Below are positions 48,240 to 60,915 of a stretch of DNA of 64,000 nt, piece after piece. Numbering within the stretch: the stretch's first letter is position 1; the number at the start of each line of letters is the position of its first letter. The notes beneath the pieces are model-generated. The model saw only the letters and a program-made list of their open reading frames with translations. It was not told the origin of the DNA and made no database searches. Made by a program: the position numbers and the translations under genes. Origin of the DNA: Octopus sinensis (Eukaryota); contig NW_021835997.1 of the NCBI RefSeq assembly GCF_006345805.1, positions 62,001-126,000 on the forward strand, read 5' to 3'.

Positions 48240-50100
48240 TTGGTTTCTCCACTGTCCCGTACATAACCAACGATATGTAATCAACGTGGGATGAATCCCC
48301 ACACGTGTTTGACACAGTTACCAGCCAGTCTCCCGCTGGTTTTTCTTTTCAGAATGTAACCGACAAAAATGCCCATTCGTCAAATTTAGTTCCAACGTCA
48401 GCTTTCCGCGGAAACAGAATTATGGACTCCGTTTGTGATGGGGATTTGACCACCACTTGGAGACATCCACGTCGTCTACTCTCCATTGTCATCACAAATT
48501 GCACATTCTCCAAATAAACAACGTGGTTTTTACTCCCCACACACCCGTCTGTGTGTATTGTGAGTGTTAGCGTATCATTCAAACTAAAATAACTTTAAAA
48601 GGCAACTCAGAATTCAATTGAAGATGCTCTCTGCATTCATGCATGTCCCCAATTCGTGGCCATTTGAGTGCCAGTTGGACAAATCGGGAAGTACTGAGTT
48701 CCCCATACCCATATTTGTGACTGTCTACTCAAATGACTGCAAAAATGACATTTTCGACAAACAGCATTGACAACCCACTCTCCGTCGAAAATAAAGTCAG
48801 TAAGTGTTGACCGAATTGCAATGTGTTGCACGTCCCTCCAACTCAAATCAGGCCTCACTTGAAGCCCCAGAGCCAGAATCCCCGCAGTCATGGGGGCGGA
48901 TGCAGACGTGCCAGAAAACCTGTCAGTACATTTATTCCCCAAATCAGTAGTAGACTAACGGAATAAACACTCTCATTACAATTCCCTCATTCATGTCCCC
49001 GGGAAAGGTAGAAACCAAAATAGCTGAGCACATTTCGAGTTAGTACGATTTTTTACCGTGGATGTTAACACTTCCCACAGCAAGGGTGAATATCTGGTTG
49101 ACATAGCACTCACATGAACAGGAATCCCCAGCAGGACCCCCATTTCCTGATGCCCATACAAATTATGGAGCCTTTCCCGTCTCGTCCATTCTTAATGGCA
49201 GAATGGAATGCTTTCATTGTGAGGTGACCAGGCCCGTCCAACGTCTGTCCGTCATCCGTGGGTCCCCAACTGCTGGAATATATCGAAATATAATTATTTG
49301 CGAAGGATATTCCACCTGCCTCCACTGAATCCTTCACAATAGAAGACAAAACTCAAATTCCTGAAAAATACACAGAAAATAACCTCCAATTTTACTACCA
49401 AATGCAATTCCTACTCCACAATGTTTTCTAGTCCCCACCACAACACCAGCACAGCGTGTCCCAGGACTAAATAACAACAAAAATGCCCGACTTGTTATAA
49501 GTTATCATTGGAAATGGCTCAGGATCCGAATCGTCATCCACGAAGTCGTAGCTTGCCTTTGAATCCTAATAAAATAACTTTAAATACACAAAAACGTAGT
49601 TTGGGAATAAATCGTTCGTTCTTTTCGTTTAAGAAGTCGTTGCCTGTGAGTTAACTTGTCTTTTTTGAGCCGATTTACACTTTCTAGACTCAAACAAGGC
49701 ATAATTCTCAGCATCCCCACATTCTTTATTCAACACTCCCGGATTAAACACCCCACCACAACACAAAACGAAATATTCCCTAAAATAACCATTAGTGGAA
49801 GGCGTTGTCAAAATCTGCGTTGGCGCAGTTGGGAATGTGCTTAGACTCCGTTGTGTTAATGTGCACGAATTTCTAATGTAAGTGAGTTTCCAAAGAATTC
49901 AACAACCACGAAATTTGACGTATTTCTGGACAATATAAGTGGATGAGACTCGAGATTCCAAATTTACACCAAAATTATTCAACATTAATCATTAACAACT
50001 CAGTCCTTAGTATGAGGAGATTTCAATTTCTTATCGGGATTCAATTCGGCTTCTAAAGCTAGTAGAGCACCTTGTTGTATTTCTAATGCGTATTTTCATC
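48240..50100 (-). pseudogene. Furin/kexin-like proprotein convertase (S8 and P domain) pseudogene
   Basis: ASYDFVDDDSDP, GTRCAG (catalytic His changed to Pro at 49463-49465), YSSSWGPTDDG, WASGNGG (frameshifted), FSGTSASAP, WRDVQH, RRG.L...SP, LVMYGT. TAA at 49040-49042 and TGA at 48349-48351. The 5' limit is approximate. Confidence 0.9.
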
Positions 50101-51662
50101 TCCACCTTGGTACACACTTTAGTCGGATTTTAAGTTTCAGAAATTTTCTTGGAATAAATGGAATATTCTTATTGGGAAGCGAACGCTCAATTTTAAACAA
50201 CGGAAATGTTATGGGCCGCTTCGGAGTGAATAGTTGTTTGACGTACAGATGTTTGGCTGAAAAGATAGAGTTTAATTTATCGAAAAAAACGATAAAGAAC
50301 TGTACATTTGTTAAAAAACTCGTCCAGATTCCTGTTGTCTTGAATTCCCCTAATTTTCCATTTATTCCTTTTCTGGCATTTTATAAGGAATTTGATGAAA
50401 TTTAAGTTTCCTAAACCAGCGGTTCTTAACTGAGAATGTTTGTTCTATAAAGGCTCATCTAGTTATATGTGATTCAATTGCAGTTGGTTTTGAGAGTGGG
50501 AAGATTCTGATAATTTCAAATTTGGGAGAAAACTTGAAATATTCTCGTTCTGAATTGTTCTGGCATTTTCGAGGCAAAGTTTCGATTGATTTTTTCGCCG
50601 AATGGTTAGAAATTTTTTTAAAATTAGCTGGTTTTACATAAATACTTAAATATTGCAAATTTTGTTTGAAAATTATGATTTAAAGGGTTTTTTATGATAT
50701 CGAGTGGAGGTGAATGTGTGATGGTAAAGTGGAGAGTCGATGAATGTACAAATGATTTTGTCCCTCGGTTGTCCTCTCCAATTAGACAAATATCAATTGC
50801 ACCTGATTCGCACAACATATGCCTTCTCCATTCCGACAATAGTTTATTTTAATTAATATTATAGCGATCACTATTCTTGACAGCAATAAAATTGTCAAAC
50901 ATTCCATAAATCAGTTTTTTTGTCAGTGGTATACAGGCGGGAAGGAAGACTACAAAAATTGGGATTATCCTGCCGGATTAGTGCGAGGATTTAATGGAAA
51001 TTCTTTCATGACAAATGGGCGTATTGGACATGTTCAATTTCTGTCTTTGGATGATTGTAAGCCATTATTTCAGGTTAAATATTGTCTGTTATTAATTAGG
51101 TTGATGTTGTGAGACAGAATTATGTGCCCGCTACTGATGATGAACTCGTTTCTGATTTTCCAGACATCACTGCGGCCGTTCTTGTAGAGATAAATGAAGA
51201 TGACCAGTGACTGATCACTTCTGAGTTATCACACATAGCTAAGGAGTGTCGACTGAAATTCTGGAAATGCAAAAAATCCAGAACAGAGTTATATTTTTAT
51301 TAGTAAAAATAGGTTTGATTTGGACTTTTTTGTTGACGAATCTACACCAATTGCACAATTATTGAACATAAATGAGAGAAGAATTTGTGCTCGTTTATTA
51401 ACCTGTGTTAAAATATGGCAACTCGATTCTGGTATTTACACTTTTTAATTCTGGTATTTATACTTTAAAATAATTGGTTTTGTTACAAAGAACTTGAAAT
51501 TGAGTTTCCCATTCTAAATATCGCGGTGTCTGCAGACTTTTCTATATTTCTAACTCTGTTTGTCAAACCTATATTGCAACAGAATTTTGTTGTGGGATAC
51601 TTAAAATTTTTCTATTCTTCCTCATATTAACTGTCTTTTAAAATATAATAGAATAAAGTATA

Positions 51663-53284
51663 CAGTCTTCCCTTTATTGCTCGCCATTTTTGGGACCAAG
51701 CCAAAATTGGCGACTAAGAGAATTTGGCGAGTAAGAGAAATAATCAATATCCTATTTTCTATCAACAAAAAATTTCTATAATTTTTAACTATCTAAACAT
51801 TTAAATAAATAGCCGAAACATTTATTTAAAAAACCAAAATTTTAAGTAAAGTAATCATTTATAGTTTTTTTGTATGATCTTTTCTCTATATTTTTTTGCA
51901 TTTTTAATAAACTTTCTAGCATATTCACATCAAAATTATCGTCATGTGAAAAATATTTTTTGAGGTCCGAAATACATTTTATCGCATCTCGATGTGTAAT
52001 ACAGTTGTTTCTTTCACAATCTTCAGTAATTGAACTGTCTAAAATTGCATTTTCATCGTTATTTTCATAGTTATTGTTTTGAACAAATTCATGAAGTTCG
52101 TCATTTTCAGAGTACGTAAAGTCTATAAACTCCTCCTCTTTTATGGGATCTGTGATCATTAATTTTTCTATAATTTGTTCGAAATTTTTTATTTTATGGT
52201 CTCCCATAATAGGTTCTTCAATTCTGTTTTCCCATTTGGCGTGCTGAAAACATTTTGATATTGTATCCACTGACACATCTTTCCAGGCTAGATAAGAAAA
52301 TAAGACTGCATCTTTCAGGGTTAATTTTTTATAGCATTCAATAGTTGCGTCACCGTAGTTTATTTGTTCAATTATATGTTTAAATTTAAATTTGTTGAAA
52401 TGAGATTTGAATGATCTAATGATTCCTTGATCCATCGGTTGAAGCACAGTAGTCGTGTTTTTTGGTAAATATAAAACTTCTATCATACTTAATTCGATTG
52501 TTATTCTATGCGAAGGACAATGGTCTACAACCAAAAGTATTTTTTTTTGTTTTTGTTTGAGAGTCTTGTTCCAATTATACAACCATTCGTTAAATATTTC
52601 CATGTTCATCCAAAGTCTTCGATTTGGTCTTTGAACTCATCCGCAGTATATCCCAATTCACCATGAAAAATTCTTAGTTTTACATTGTGCCTTTTTTTGA
52701 ACTTTTCAAGCCATCCTTTACTGGCTTTAAATTCGAAGAGACCGTTTAACGCAGCAATTTCAGTTGCTTTCGACAAAATTATCTCATCATTGAGGCAAAC
52801 TCCAATAGATTCCATGTAATCTATCCAGGCAATGATTTCAGAATCAATTGCTGAATATCTAAGTTTCGAAAAACGAGAACTTCTCCCATAAATTGGATTA
52901 ATTCCAAGAATCTTCTGTTTGTTCAATTTAAGATCGTTAATTGCACGTCTCGAAATTGATTTTTTGAAACGCGACGAAAAAATTTCTGAAACACGCCTTA
53001 GACTTAGAGAAGAATTATCAGTAAGATAATTTATAATTTCTCTTTTTTGATCATAAGATAATCTTGAGCACTTCCTCATGTTACAAAAAAAAACACGCGG
53101 TATAAATATTTGAAAAAATTATTTTTTTAATAATAAATTTTAATTTTTTAATACTAAAACGTGGCGAGTAAGAGAATTTGGCGAGCAATGGAATTTCCTT
53201 AGTAAAAATGGCATTTTTTCCAAAAAAGTGGCGAGTTATAGAAATGGCGAGCAATAGAATTGGCGAGCAATAGAGGGTAAACTG
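51663..53284 (-). mobile_element. Tigger/pogo-family DNA transposon with TIRs and TA TSD, internally deleted
   Basis: TA|CAGT..ccct.tattgctcgcca TIRs at both ends and many subterminal tggcgag repeats. CENP-B HTH ORF 52606-53079 and DDE ORF 51842-52609 (VVDHCPSH, LPKNTTTVLQPMDQGII). The DETG segment is missing. Confidence 0.95.
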
Positions 53285-54079
53285 TATTTATGTTATTATT
53301 GTTTAGTAGACAAGTTGAATTTTGCGGTGAGAGATGTCGAAGATTACTTGTTTGTGTTACTGAGGATTTGTCATATATCACAGTTTTTTACTCTATTTTT
53401 GAAAACAATGTCAAGTGTGTGGCTACAAACAGCAAATTGGACCACTGCCATGTTTCTTTCAAACGGAAATGGTTGTGACTAATGCTTTATTGTTAGTTGA
53501 ATTGTTTGATGGGCTTACAAAGACAAGGTTGATTGTAGCTGGGAATATAAATATTCATGTTGCTGCTTTGTTTATAACAGAAAAATATGATTGGTTGTTA
53601 TCGACAAGAAACAAAAATTGAAAGTTATTCATAAAAGAAATTCTTCTGTGAATTCCGCTTCAGCTGGGAGTCATGGATTGTTCCTAGAGAACAGTGTTTT
53701 GGGTCCTCTTTCTAGTTATCTCAAAAGCGAACAAGATTATAAACCTGTAATCAAGAAAAAGATTGTGTCTTTACATGATCAGACTCATTTTTCGGAATAT
53801 GTATGGATTTTACTATTAGTTTAGATGATGACCTTTGCTTCTCACATGTTGCCTCCTGTCGATGTTATTTGTGACCATTATTTGACTTCTTTGTTAAAAT
53901 CGACCGGCAATTAGTCTATAAATAATTAATTTTTGTATTTGATTTTAAACTACAAATTACTTTACAATAATACAAAGATCTACGTAATTTTAGTGTTGCT
54001 TATTTTTTGAAATTGAGTATGTTAAGAAAACATTTTATAATTATTATTATAGTCCCACCTGTGCAACACCCAAAACAAT

Positions 54080-54590
54080 GTTAGTAACGAGTCTCCTTCA
54101 TTTTCCTCGTTTAAGCGCTGTGAGTCGCAGCCTGTCCAAGTCACTACCAGTCTTGAGACAGGATTTGTTCAGAACGACAGGTAACGTAGTTCGTAGGCGT
54201 CCCCGGAACTGTGGTTTGTCGCATTAGAAGTAATCATCCATCACCGTATTTACTGGTGCGGAGTGGCTCATTCGCTGCAAGAATCAGCAATGTCAATGGA
54301 AAGTGGCCTTTAGAACACTTTCTGTATAACGACTCCTGGGATATTCTATAGGGTCACTGCATTTTGAACAGTTTTCTCAATTGTCCTCTGTAGAAACTGT
54401 TAAGACGTGTCAGTTCCGTATCTGTGCAACCCCGAGTGGAGGAGTTATACATTAACACGGGTCTCACAAAGGCATTGTAAAGCCTTGTCCGGATTTGAAC
54501 ATTCGCTGATCCATATGATAGCTATTCCTTTCAGAGTTTGTGCATTGCTGCAGATGCCAGCATTTTTCTCTTTGCAATATCCTTTATGTT
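54080..54590 (-). mobile_element. RTE-like retrotransposon 3' fragment
   Basis: RTRLYNAFVRPVLMYNSST...FRGRLRTTLPVVLNK...DLDRLR. Confidence 0.75.
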
Positions 54591-55020
54591 TAAAAGATTT
54601 ATTCCAATAAATTAAATCCGTTAAATAAAGTGAAAAAGTTGTAGAAATCCGTGATAATTATTTTTTAAGTTCCCCAACCATTTTGTGGTCAACAATCTTG
54701 TTCCAGTTTATCAACGACTTTGTAATGGGCAACTGCCTTCGAATATCACGAAATGTTGTCTCGTAAATTAAAATTATCATTTATTTCATCCTGAAACTTT
54801 AGCCATTTTAATATTGCTGACAATTAAGGCCACCAACGAACAAATATCGACCATTTCTTGAGGGAATAAACGAATGGATTACGTCATATTGGATTCTTTA
54901 AAAAAGTGGCTTTCGATATATAATTTCAAATTGATATTCCCTTCCGAACTACCCTCAACTAAAAAAATTGTCCCGTGGGTAAAAATCGTCGACATACTCG
55001 TAATTCCTCCAACTCATTAG

Positions 55021-55670
55021 TTATTTGCCCAACTAGACCCTTTTTAGAACCAGCGATATTCTTTGCCCCGTCAATCGTAACATATTTCTTCCATTCAACG
55101 TTATAGTCACTTATAGTTTGTTCCAATTTATCAAAAATATTTTTTCCAGTAGTTGTTCCATGAATAGAACAAACAGATGCCAGTTCTTCAGTTATGAAAA
55201 TACTCTCATCAACTCAACGAATAAAAATAAAAAGTTTCGATGTTCCCGAAATGTCAACTGACTCATCCAATGCAACAGACAACACAACTTGTAAAGTGGG
55301 CTTCAGTGATTCAACTTTATTCTCACGTAGCTTTCCAGTGTACTTGGAATATATCGGAAAATGATTCGTCTCATAATGACGTCGAATGTTATACTTCTTC
55401 ATAACAGAGAGATGTTCGTGGCATATTGAACAATAAGCTTTCTGCTTTAATTCATCTTTCACAAAAAAATATTTCATTTTTCATAATTTATTGAATACAC
55501 GACATTCGTGGTCAACCTTTCTTTTCATATTAGGCATAGAAACAAACAAAAATTTAATGTTAATGCTAAGTTTTTTTCGAATTAAATCTTGAAAAATAGT
55601 TTAATTTTGTAATTAAAGTTTTTATTTGAGTTAATTATTGTCGTAAGTTATAGCGTCCGGGCCAGTTCTA
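55021..55670 (-). mobile_element. hAT (GTF2IRD2/EPM2AIP1-like) transposase 5' remnant; second copy at 57174-57822
   Basis: KRKVDHECRVFN...CSICHEHLSVMKKYNIRRHYETNH (BED-like), SVALDESVDISGTSKLFIFIR, SIHGTTTGKNIF, TIDGAKNI. Confidence 0.9.
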
Positions 55671-55672
55671 AG

Positions 55673-57173
55673 TGTCCGGAGTGATAAATCGGATTTATCA
55701 CTCCAAATCATTATGATTTTGGGAATAAATTTTATTTGTGTCGCCTAATTTTGGTTAAATAACGTCCTATACGGGGATACGGATGAAATTATTGGTAAAA
55801 TGTACCCGCATGTTTTTCTGGTAGGCAAAAAAATTGAAATTTTATTTTTGTTGAATTAGATAGAAAATGGGTCGAATTGGGGATAAAATGTCTATATTTT
55901 AAAGTTCGCGTTAGAGAATAAAACATCACAAAGCATCTATAATGCAATTGAGAGTTTATTCCAGACTGTCGGTCCTCCAATTTATTTTCATTCGGACAAT
56001 GGAAAGGAATTCCGCAACAAAGAAGTTTCAAAACTTTTTGATGATTGGAAAATAACTCCGATATATGGAAGACCAAGGCACCCACAATCTCAAGGACAAA
56101 TAGAAAGATATAACCAAACTCTCAAACGTTGGTGGGGGAAGACTTTGTTCGCAACAGAATATATAAGGTGGAGAGAAATTCTACAGAAGGTGGTGTATAA
56201 ATACAACATAACTTGTCATCGCGGAACTGGAAAGTCACCATTTTGGTTAGTCTCTTTTTATTTACCCAGTCTATTTTACGGAATAACGGGTTTTAATATT
56301 TTGCCATGTGGAGGCGAAGAAGAAGAGATTAACTCAGAATCGGAAGAAACGGAATTATCCTTAGAAGTAAAAACTCATAATTAAAAGTATAAAAGAAAAG
56401 TTACAGAAGACGCAAATAAAAATTTTCGAAAAAAAGATATCACAATTGGAGATAATGTTACAATTAAAATTGATTTCGATAAAAATATAAAAACAAGAAA
56501 ATATCCACTCACTAGTTTTTTTAGCAAGGAACAATTTCTAGTAGTGGAAGAAGTTTCTCTGCATTCCGTTCTCGTTGAGAATTGCACATCTGGTGAAAGG
56601 AAGACAATTCCAAAGTCAATGATTAAAAAAATTAACTTTTAAAAAATTACATTTTCATTTTATATTCAATCAATTTGTAATGTTTTTTAAAAAATGTTTC
56701 ATAATATAAGTGAACTTTTGCTTTGTTTTATTCGACATAGGAGACGTTGCTTCTATACTGGAAGAAGGTCATCTCGTCTAAACCCTTTTCGTCACATAAA
56801 TAAGGACCGGAAGAGTTTGCACAGAATCATATGTAGCGGTTAAATACAGACTCTGTTGAAAATTGAATTTATATTATACGAGACTGTTTGGGACAATGTT
56901 TGTAAATTTTATTATCTATTTTTATGTTTAGTTTCGGTTTTCGATTTAGTCAATATCTATATTTTATAGTCTTTTTAGCAATCAACAAATAGTTATAAAA
57001 CTAAAGGATTTGAATTGAATTAATTGAGGTTAATTGTGAAAAAAAATTCGCATAGAGTAATCTTACATTTTTATGTTCGTTACTATGACGCTCAATCACC
57101 TGATTGATGAAAATTTCTTTGTTTAATTTCCGCGTTCTTGTTAACTGAGTTACTTTTTTCAAATTTTAATAAT
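55673..57173 (+). mobile_element. Ginger-type integrase transposon, copy 1 (right end cut by the duplication)
   Basis: Starts TGTCC. GPPIYFHSDNGKEF...GRPRHPQSQGQIERYNQTLK...YN..H..TGKSPF|LFYG, with a 24-nt intron at 56246-56269. Confidence 0.88.
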
Positions 57174-57824
57174 TTATTTGCCCAACTAGACCCTTTTTAG
57201 AACCAGCGATATTCTTTGCCCCGTCAATCGTAACATATTTCTTCCATTCAACGTTATAGTCACTTATAGTTTGTTCCAATTTATCAAAAATATTTTTTCC
57301 AGTAGTTGTTCCATGAATAGAACAAACAGATGCCAGTTCTTCAGTTATGAAAATACTCTCATCAACTCAACGAATAAAAATAAAAAGTTTCGATGTTCCC
57401 GAAATGTCAACTGACTCATCCAATGCAACAGACAACACAACTTGTAAAGTGGGCTTCAGTGATTCAACTTTATTCTCACGTAGCTTTCCAGTGTACTTGG
57501 AATATATCGGAAAATGATTCGTCTCATAGTGACGTCGAATGTTATACTCCTTCATAACAGAGAGATGTTCGTGGCATATTGAACAATAAGCTTTCTGCTT
57601 TAATTCATCTTTCACAAAAAATATTTCATTTTTCATAATTTATTGAATACACGACATTCGCGGTCAACCTTTCTTTTCATATTAGGCATAGAAACAAACA
57701 AAAATTTAATGTTAATGCTAAGTTTTTTTCGAATTAAATCTTGAAAAATAGTTTAATTTTGTAATTAAAGTTTTTATTTGAGTTAATTATTGTCGTAAGT
57801 TATAGCGTCCGGGCCAGTTCTAAG

Positions 57825-59416
57825 TGTCCGGAGTGATAAATCGGATTTATCACTCCAAATCATTATGATTTTGGGAATAAATTTTATTTGTGTCGCCTAA
57901 TTTTGGTTAAATAACGTCCTATACGGGGATACGGATGAAATTATTGGTAAAATGTACCCGCATGTTTTTCTGGTAGGCAAAAAAATTGAAATTTTATTTT
58001 TGTTGAATTAGATAGAAAATGGGTCGAATTGGGGATAAAATGTCTATATTTTAAAGTTCGCGTTAGAGAATAAAACATCACAAAGCATCTATAATGCAAT
58101 TGAGAGTTTATTCCAGACTGTCGGTCCTCCAATTTATTTTCATTCGGACAATGGAAAGGAATTCCGCAACAAAGAAGTTTCAAAACTTTTTGATGATTGG
58201 AAAATAACTCCGATATATGGAAGACCAAGGCACCCACAATCTCAAGGACAAATAGAAAGATATAACCAAACTCTCAAACGTTGGTGGGGGAAGACTTTGT
58301 TCGCAACAGAATATATAAGGTGGAGAGAAATTCTACAGAAGGTGGTGTATAAATACAACATAACTTGTCATCGCGGAACTGGAAAGTCACCATTTTGGTT
58401 AGTCTCTTTTTATTTACCCAGTCTATTTTACGGAATAACGGGTTTTAATATTTTGCCATGTGGAGGCGAAGAAGAAGAGATTAACTCAGAATCGGAAGAA
58501 ACGGAATTATCCTTAGAAGTAAAAACTCATAATTAAAAGTATAAAAGAAAAGTTACAGAAGACGCAAATAAAAATTTTCGAAAAAAAGATATCACAATTG
58601 GAGATAATGTTACAATTAAAATTGATTTCGATAAAAATATAAAAACAAGAAAATATCCACTCACTAGTTTTTTTAGCAAGGAACAATTTCTAGTAGTGGA
58701 AGAAGTTTCTCTGCATTCCGTTCTCGTTGAGAATTGCACATCTGGTGAAAGGAAGACAATTCCAAAGTCAATGATTAAAAAAATTAACTTTTAAAAAATT
58801 ACATTTTCATTTTATATTCAATCAATTTGTAATGTTTTTTAAAAAATGTTTCATAATATAAGTGAACTTTTGCTTTGTTTTATTCGACATAGGAGACGTT
58901 GCTTCTATACTGGAAGAAGGTCATCTCGTCTAAACCCTTTTCGTCACATAAATAAGGACCGGAAGAGTTTGCACAGAATCATATGTAGCGGTTAAATACA
59001 GACTCTGTTGAAAATTGAATTTATATTATACGAGACTGTTTGGGACAATGTTTGTAAATTTTATTATCTATTTTTATGTTTAGTTTCGGTTTTCGATTTA
59101 GTCAATATCTATATTTTATAGTCTTTTTAGCAATCAACAAATAGTTATAAAACTAAAGGATTTGAATTGAATTAATTGAGGTTAATTGTGAAAAAAAATT
59201 CGCATAGAGTAATCTTACATTTTTATGTTCGTTACTATGACGCTCAATCACCTGATTGATGAAAATTTCTTTGTTTAATTTCCGCGTTCTTGTTAACTGA
59301 GTTACTTTTTTCAAATTTTAATAATTTAAAAAATTATTGAATTAACAAAAGTAATCATTAAGAATTTCAGATCTTAAACAAAGAATTTAGATGATTTGGA
59401 GTGATAAATCCGATTT
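57825..59416 (+). mobile_element. Ginger-type integrase transposon, copy 2, with a partial right TIR
   Basis: As copy 1. atgatttggagtgataaatccgattt (59391-59416) is the reverse complement of the inner left TIR. Confidence 0.88.
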
Positions 59417-59420
59417 CAAT

Positions 59421-59585
59421 TTAAACGGATATTTGTTTTCTAGTATGATTTTTATGATATTTTTCAGACGACTCAATTATACGGTGTTGATCTGCCAGAG
59501 TCCTCACAGCAGCACGGATTCCACCTTCCAAAAGTTTTCGACGGATCGCACTTCGTAGTCTTTGAGTGTCAGAGATAGGCTTCTC
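59421..59585 (-). mobile_element. CRE pre-RT fragment
   Basis: RSAIRRKLLEGGIRAAVRTLA; compare LMENDVKAAVRLVA at 25.0 kb. Confidence 0.65.
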
Positions 59586-59589
59586 ATTT

Positions 59590-60915
59590 TGGGATTTGTA
59601 GGTAGGCTTTTCTGAGTCTGCGAATAGGTTCCTTGAGAAGAATGTGCGGATGTTCTCCTTTACTAATGACGTAAGTGATTTCTCTTCTTTCAACACGACT
59701 ATTTTCCACGACCGACTGGACTGAGTGTGCTTTCAATTTCTTGCATTTCTTTATTCCGTACTGACGACAGACGTGTAGATGTATGCATCTGACAATTTCA
59801 TTGTGTCTTCGCATGTATGACCCGTGAAGCATTCTGCTACATCGAGTAGCTAGGTGATCCACGGTTTTTCTTGCCGAGCCGCAATGGTTACAATTAGGCT
59901 TTGCCTCTCCGAAAAACAAATTGCGATCCTGGGCCAAGCAATATAGTGCCTCGGCCTTTGGGCCATTGTTCCCATTGGCTAGCCATACATTGGACTCCAC
60001 GATATCAGCACTCGGTTCCTGAATGCATTTAAACAGCGTTGAATGTATCATCTTAGATTTAATGGTGTCCATTAGTCTTTTCTTCTGGCACTCCTTAATA
60101 AGGTTTACATCCAATTTTGATTGGTCTTCCAGATTGTACTTGAGAGCGAGAAATCTTGCAATCGTGGTCATATGTGTTTTCTTTTCTCTCAAGACCCGCA
60201 AGATTCCTGCTCTTCTGAGGCACAACGAGGCTTTTCTTTCAAGGTCGGAGAGAAATTGGAGCAGGATGCATTCGCACTTATTGGAAATTGAGATTAAGCC
60301 TCTTCCAAAACCATTTCTGCCGAGATATAATCTTTCTTTATTAGCGGGCTTCAGATGGATTCGTAAAGTAGTTAGAATGCGACGAATTACCAGATCAATG
60401 GCATCAAACTCACTCGGTTCAATGTCGATCAATCCGATATAGTAGTTGTAGAGAGAGAGTGCATATTCGTTTATCGCTTTAAAGAGGTTTACTGCACTTA
60501 ACTTTGTTTTTGCAAGACTCTCGATTCTCTCTTTCACGTTTCGAGCAATTGTTTTCATTACCTCGATTTTCTTGACATCACTTCCTCTATCCTCCAAGAC
60601 TCCCAGGTATCGATACCCAGCACACCCATCCAGACATTTTGTATCTTTCACATAGTCCAGGTTAGTCGCAGACTTTTCCGAGTTCCTCTTGAGGCCAACG
60701 GCATCAAAATATTCATCGACATCTTCCATCATTTTTAGAACGGTGTCTTCTTTCTCAGCAATTATTTTCAGGTCGTCAATAAACAACAAATGGTTTGTTG
60801 AATATGAAACCGTGAACGGGTCATTTTGACCTATACGCACCTTCGGGAACTTCATATTCAAGCTCCTACTTAACGGATCCATTACCAGAGTGAAGAGTTG
60901 TGGAGAGAGTGAGTT
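59590..60915 (-). mobile_element. R4/Dong-like non-LTR retrotransposon fragment (RT C-half and CCHC)
   Basis: SLSPQLFTLVMDPLSR, NHLLFIDDLK, YRYLGV, ERLYL.R..FGRGL, CNHC...TVDHLATRC...YMRRHN. Open for about 440 codons, truncated at both ends. Confidence 0.92.

Larger units (their letters stand above)
55021..59325. repeat. Near-identical tandem duplication, unit about 2153 bp
   Basis: 55021-57173 repeats at 57174 to about 59325. ORFs are duplicated at an offset of 2152-2153, with a few substitutions and a 1-nt indel. Confidence 0.97.

Noticed and set aside
43768-49042. Stop-codon reassignment suggested by in-frame TAG/TAA/TGA in the helicase, KRR1 and convertase
   Set aside because: The stops align with different residues (Q, E, Y, W), each one substitution away. 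They co-occur with frameshifts and a catalytic His-to-Pro change, and TAA and TGA terminate intact ORFs. Decay or base error explains them better.
53480-53720. LIVAGNINIH, resembling a CR1/L2 AP-endonuclease motif
   Set aside because: A single short motif without supporting downstream RT sequence is too weak to call.
9950-59416. rve integrases as parts of LTR retrotransposons or Polintons
   Set aside because: There are no adjacent gag, protease, RT/RNase H, polB or capsid genes and no LTRs. TIRs, a 5-bp TSD and introns indicate Ginger-type DNA transposons.
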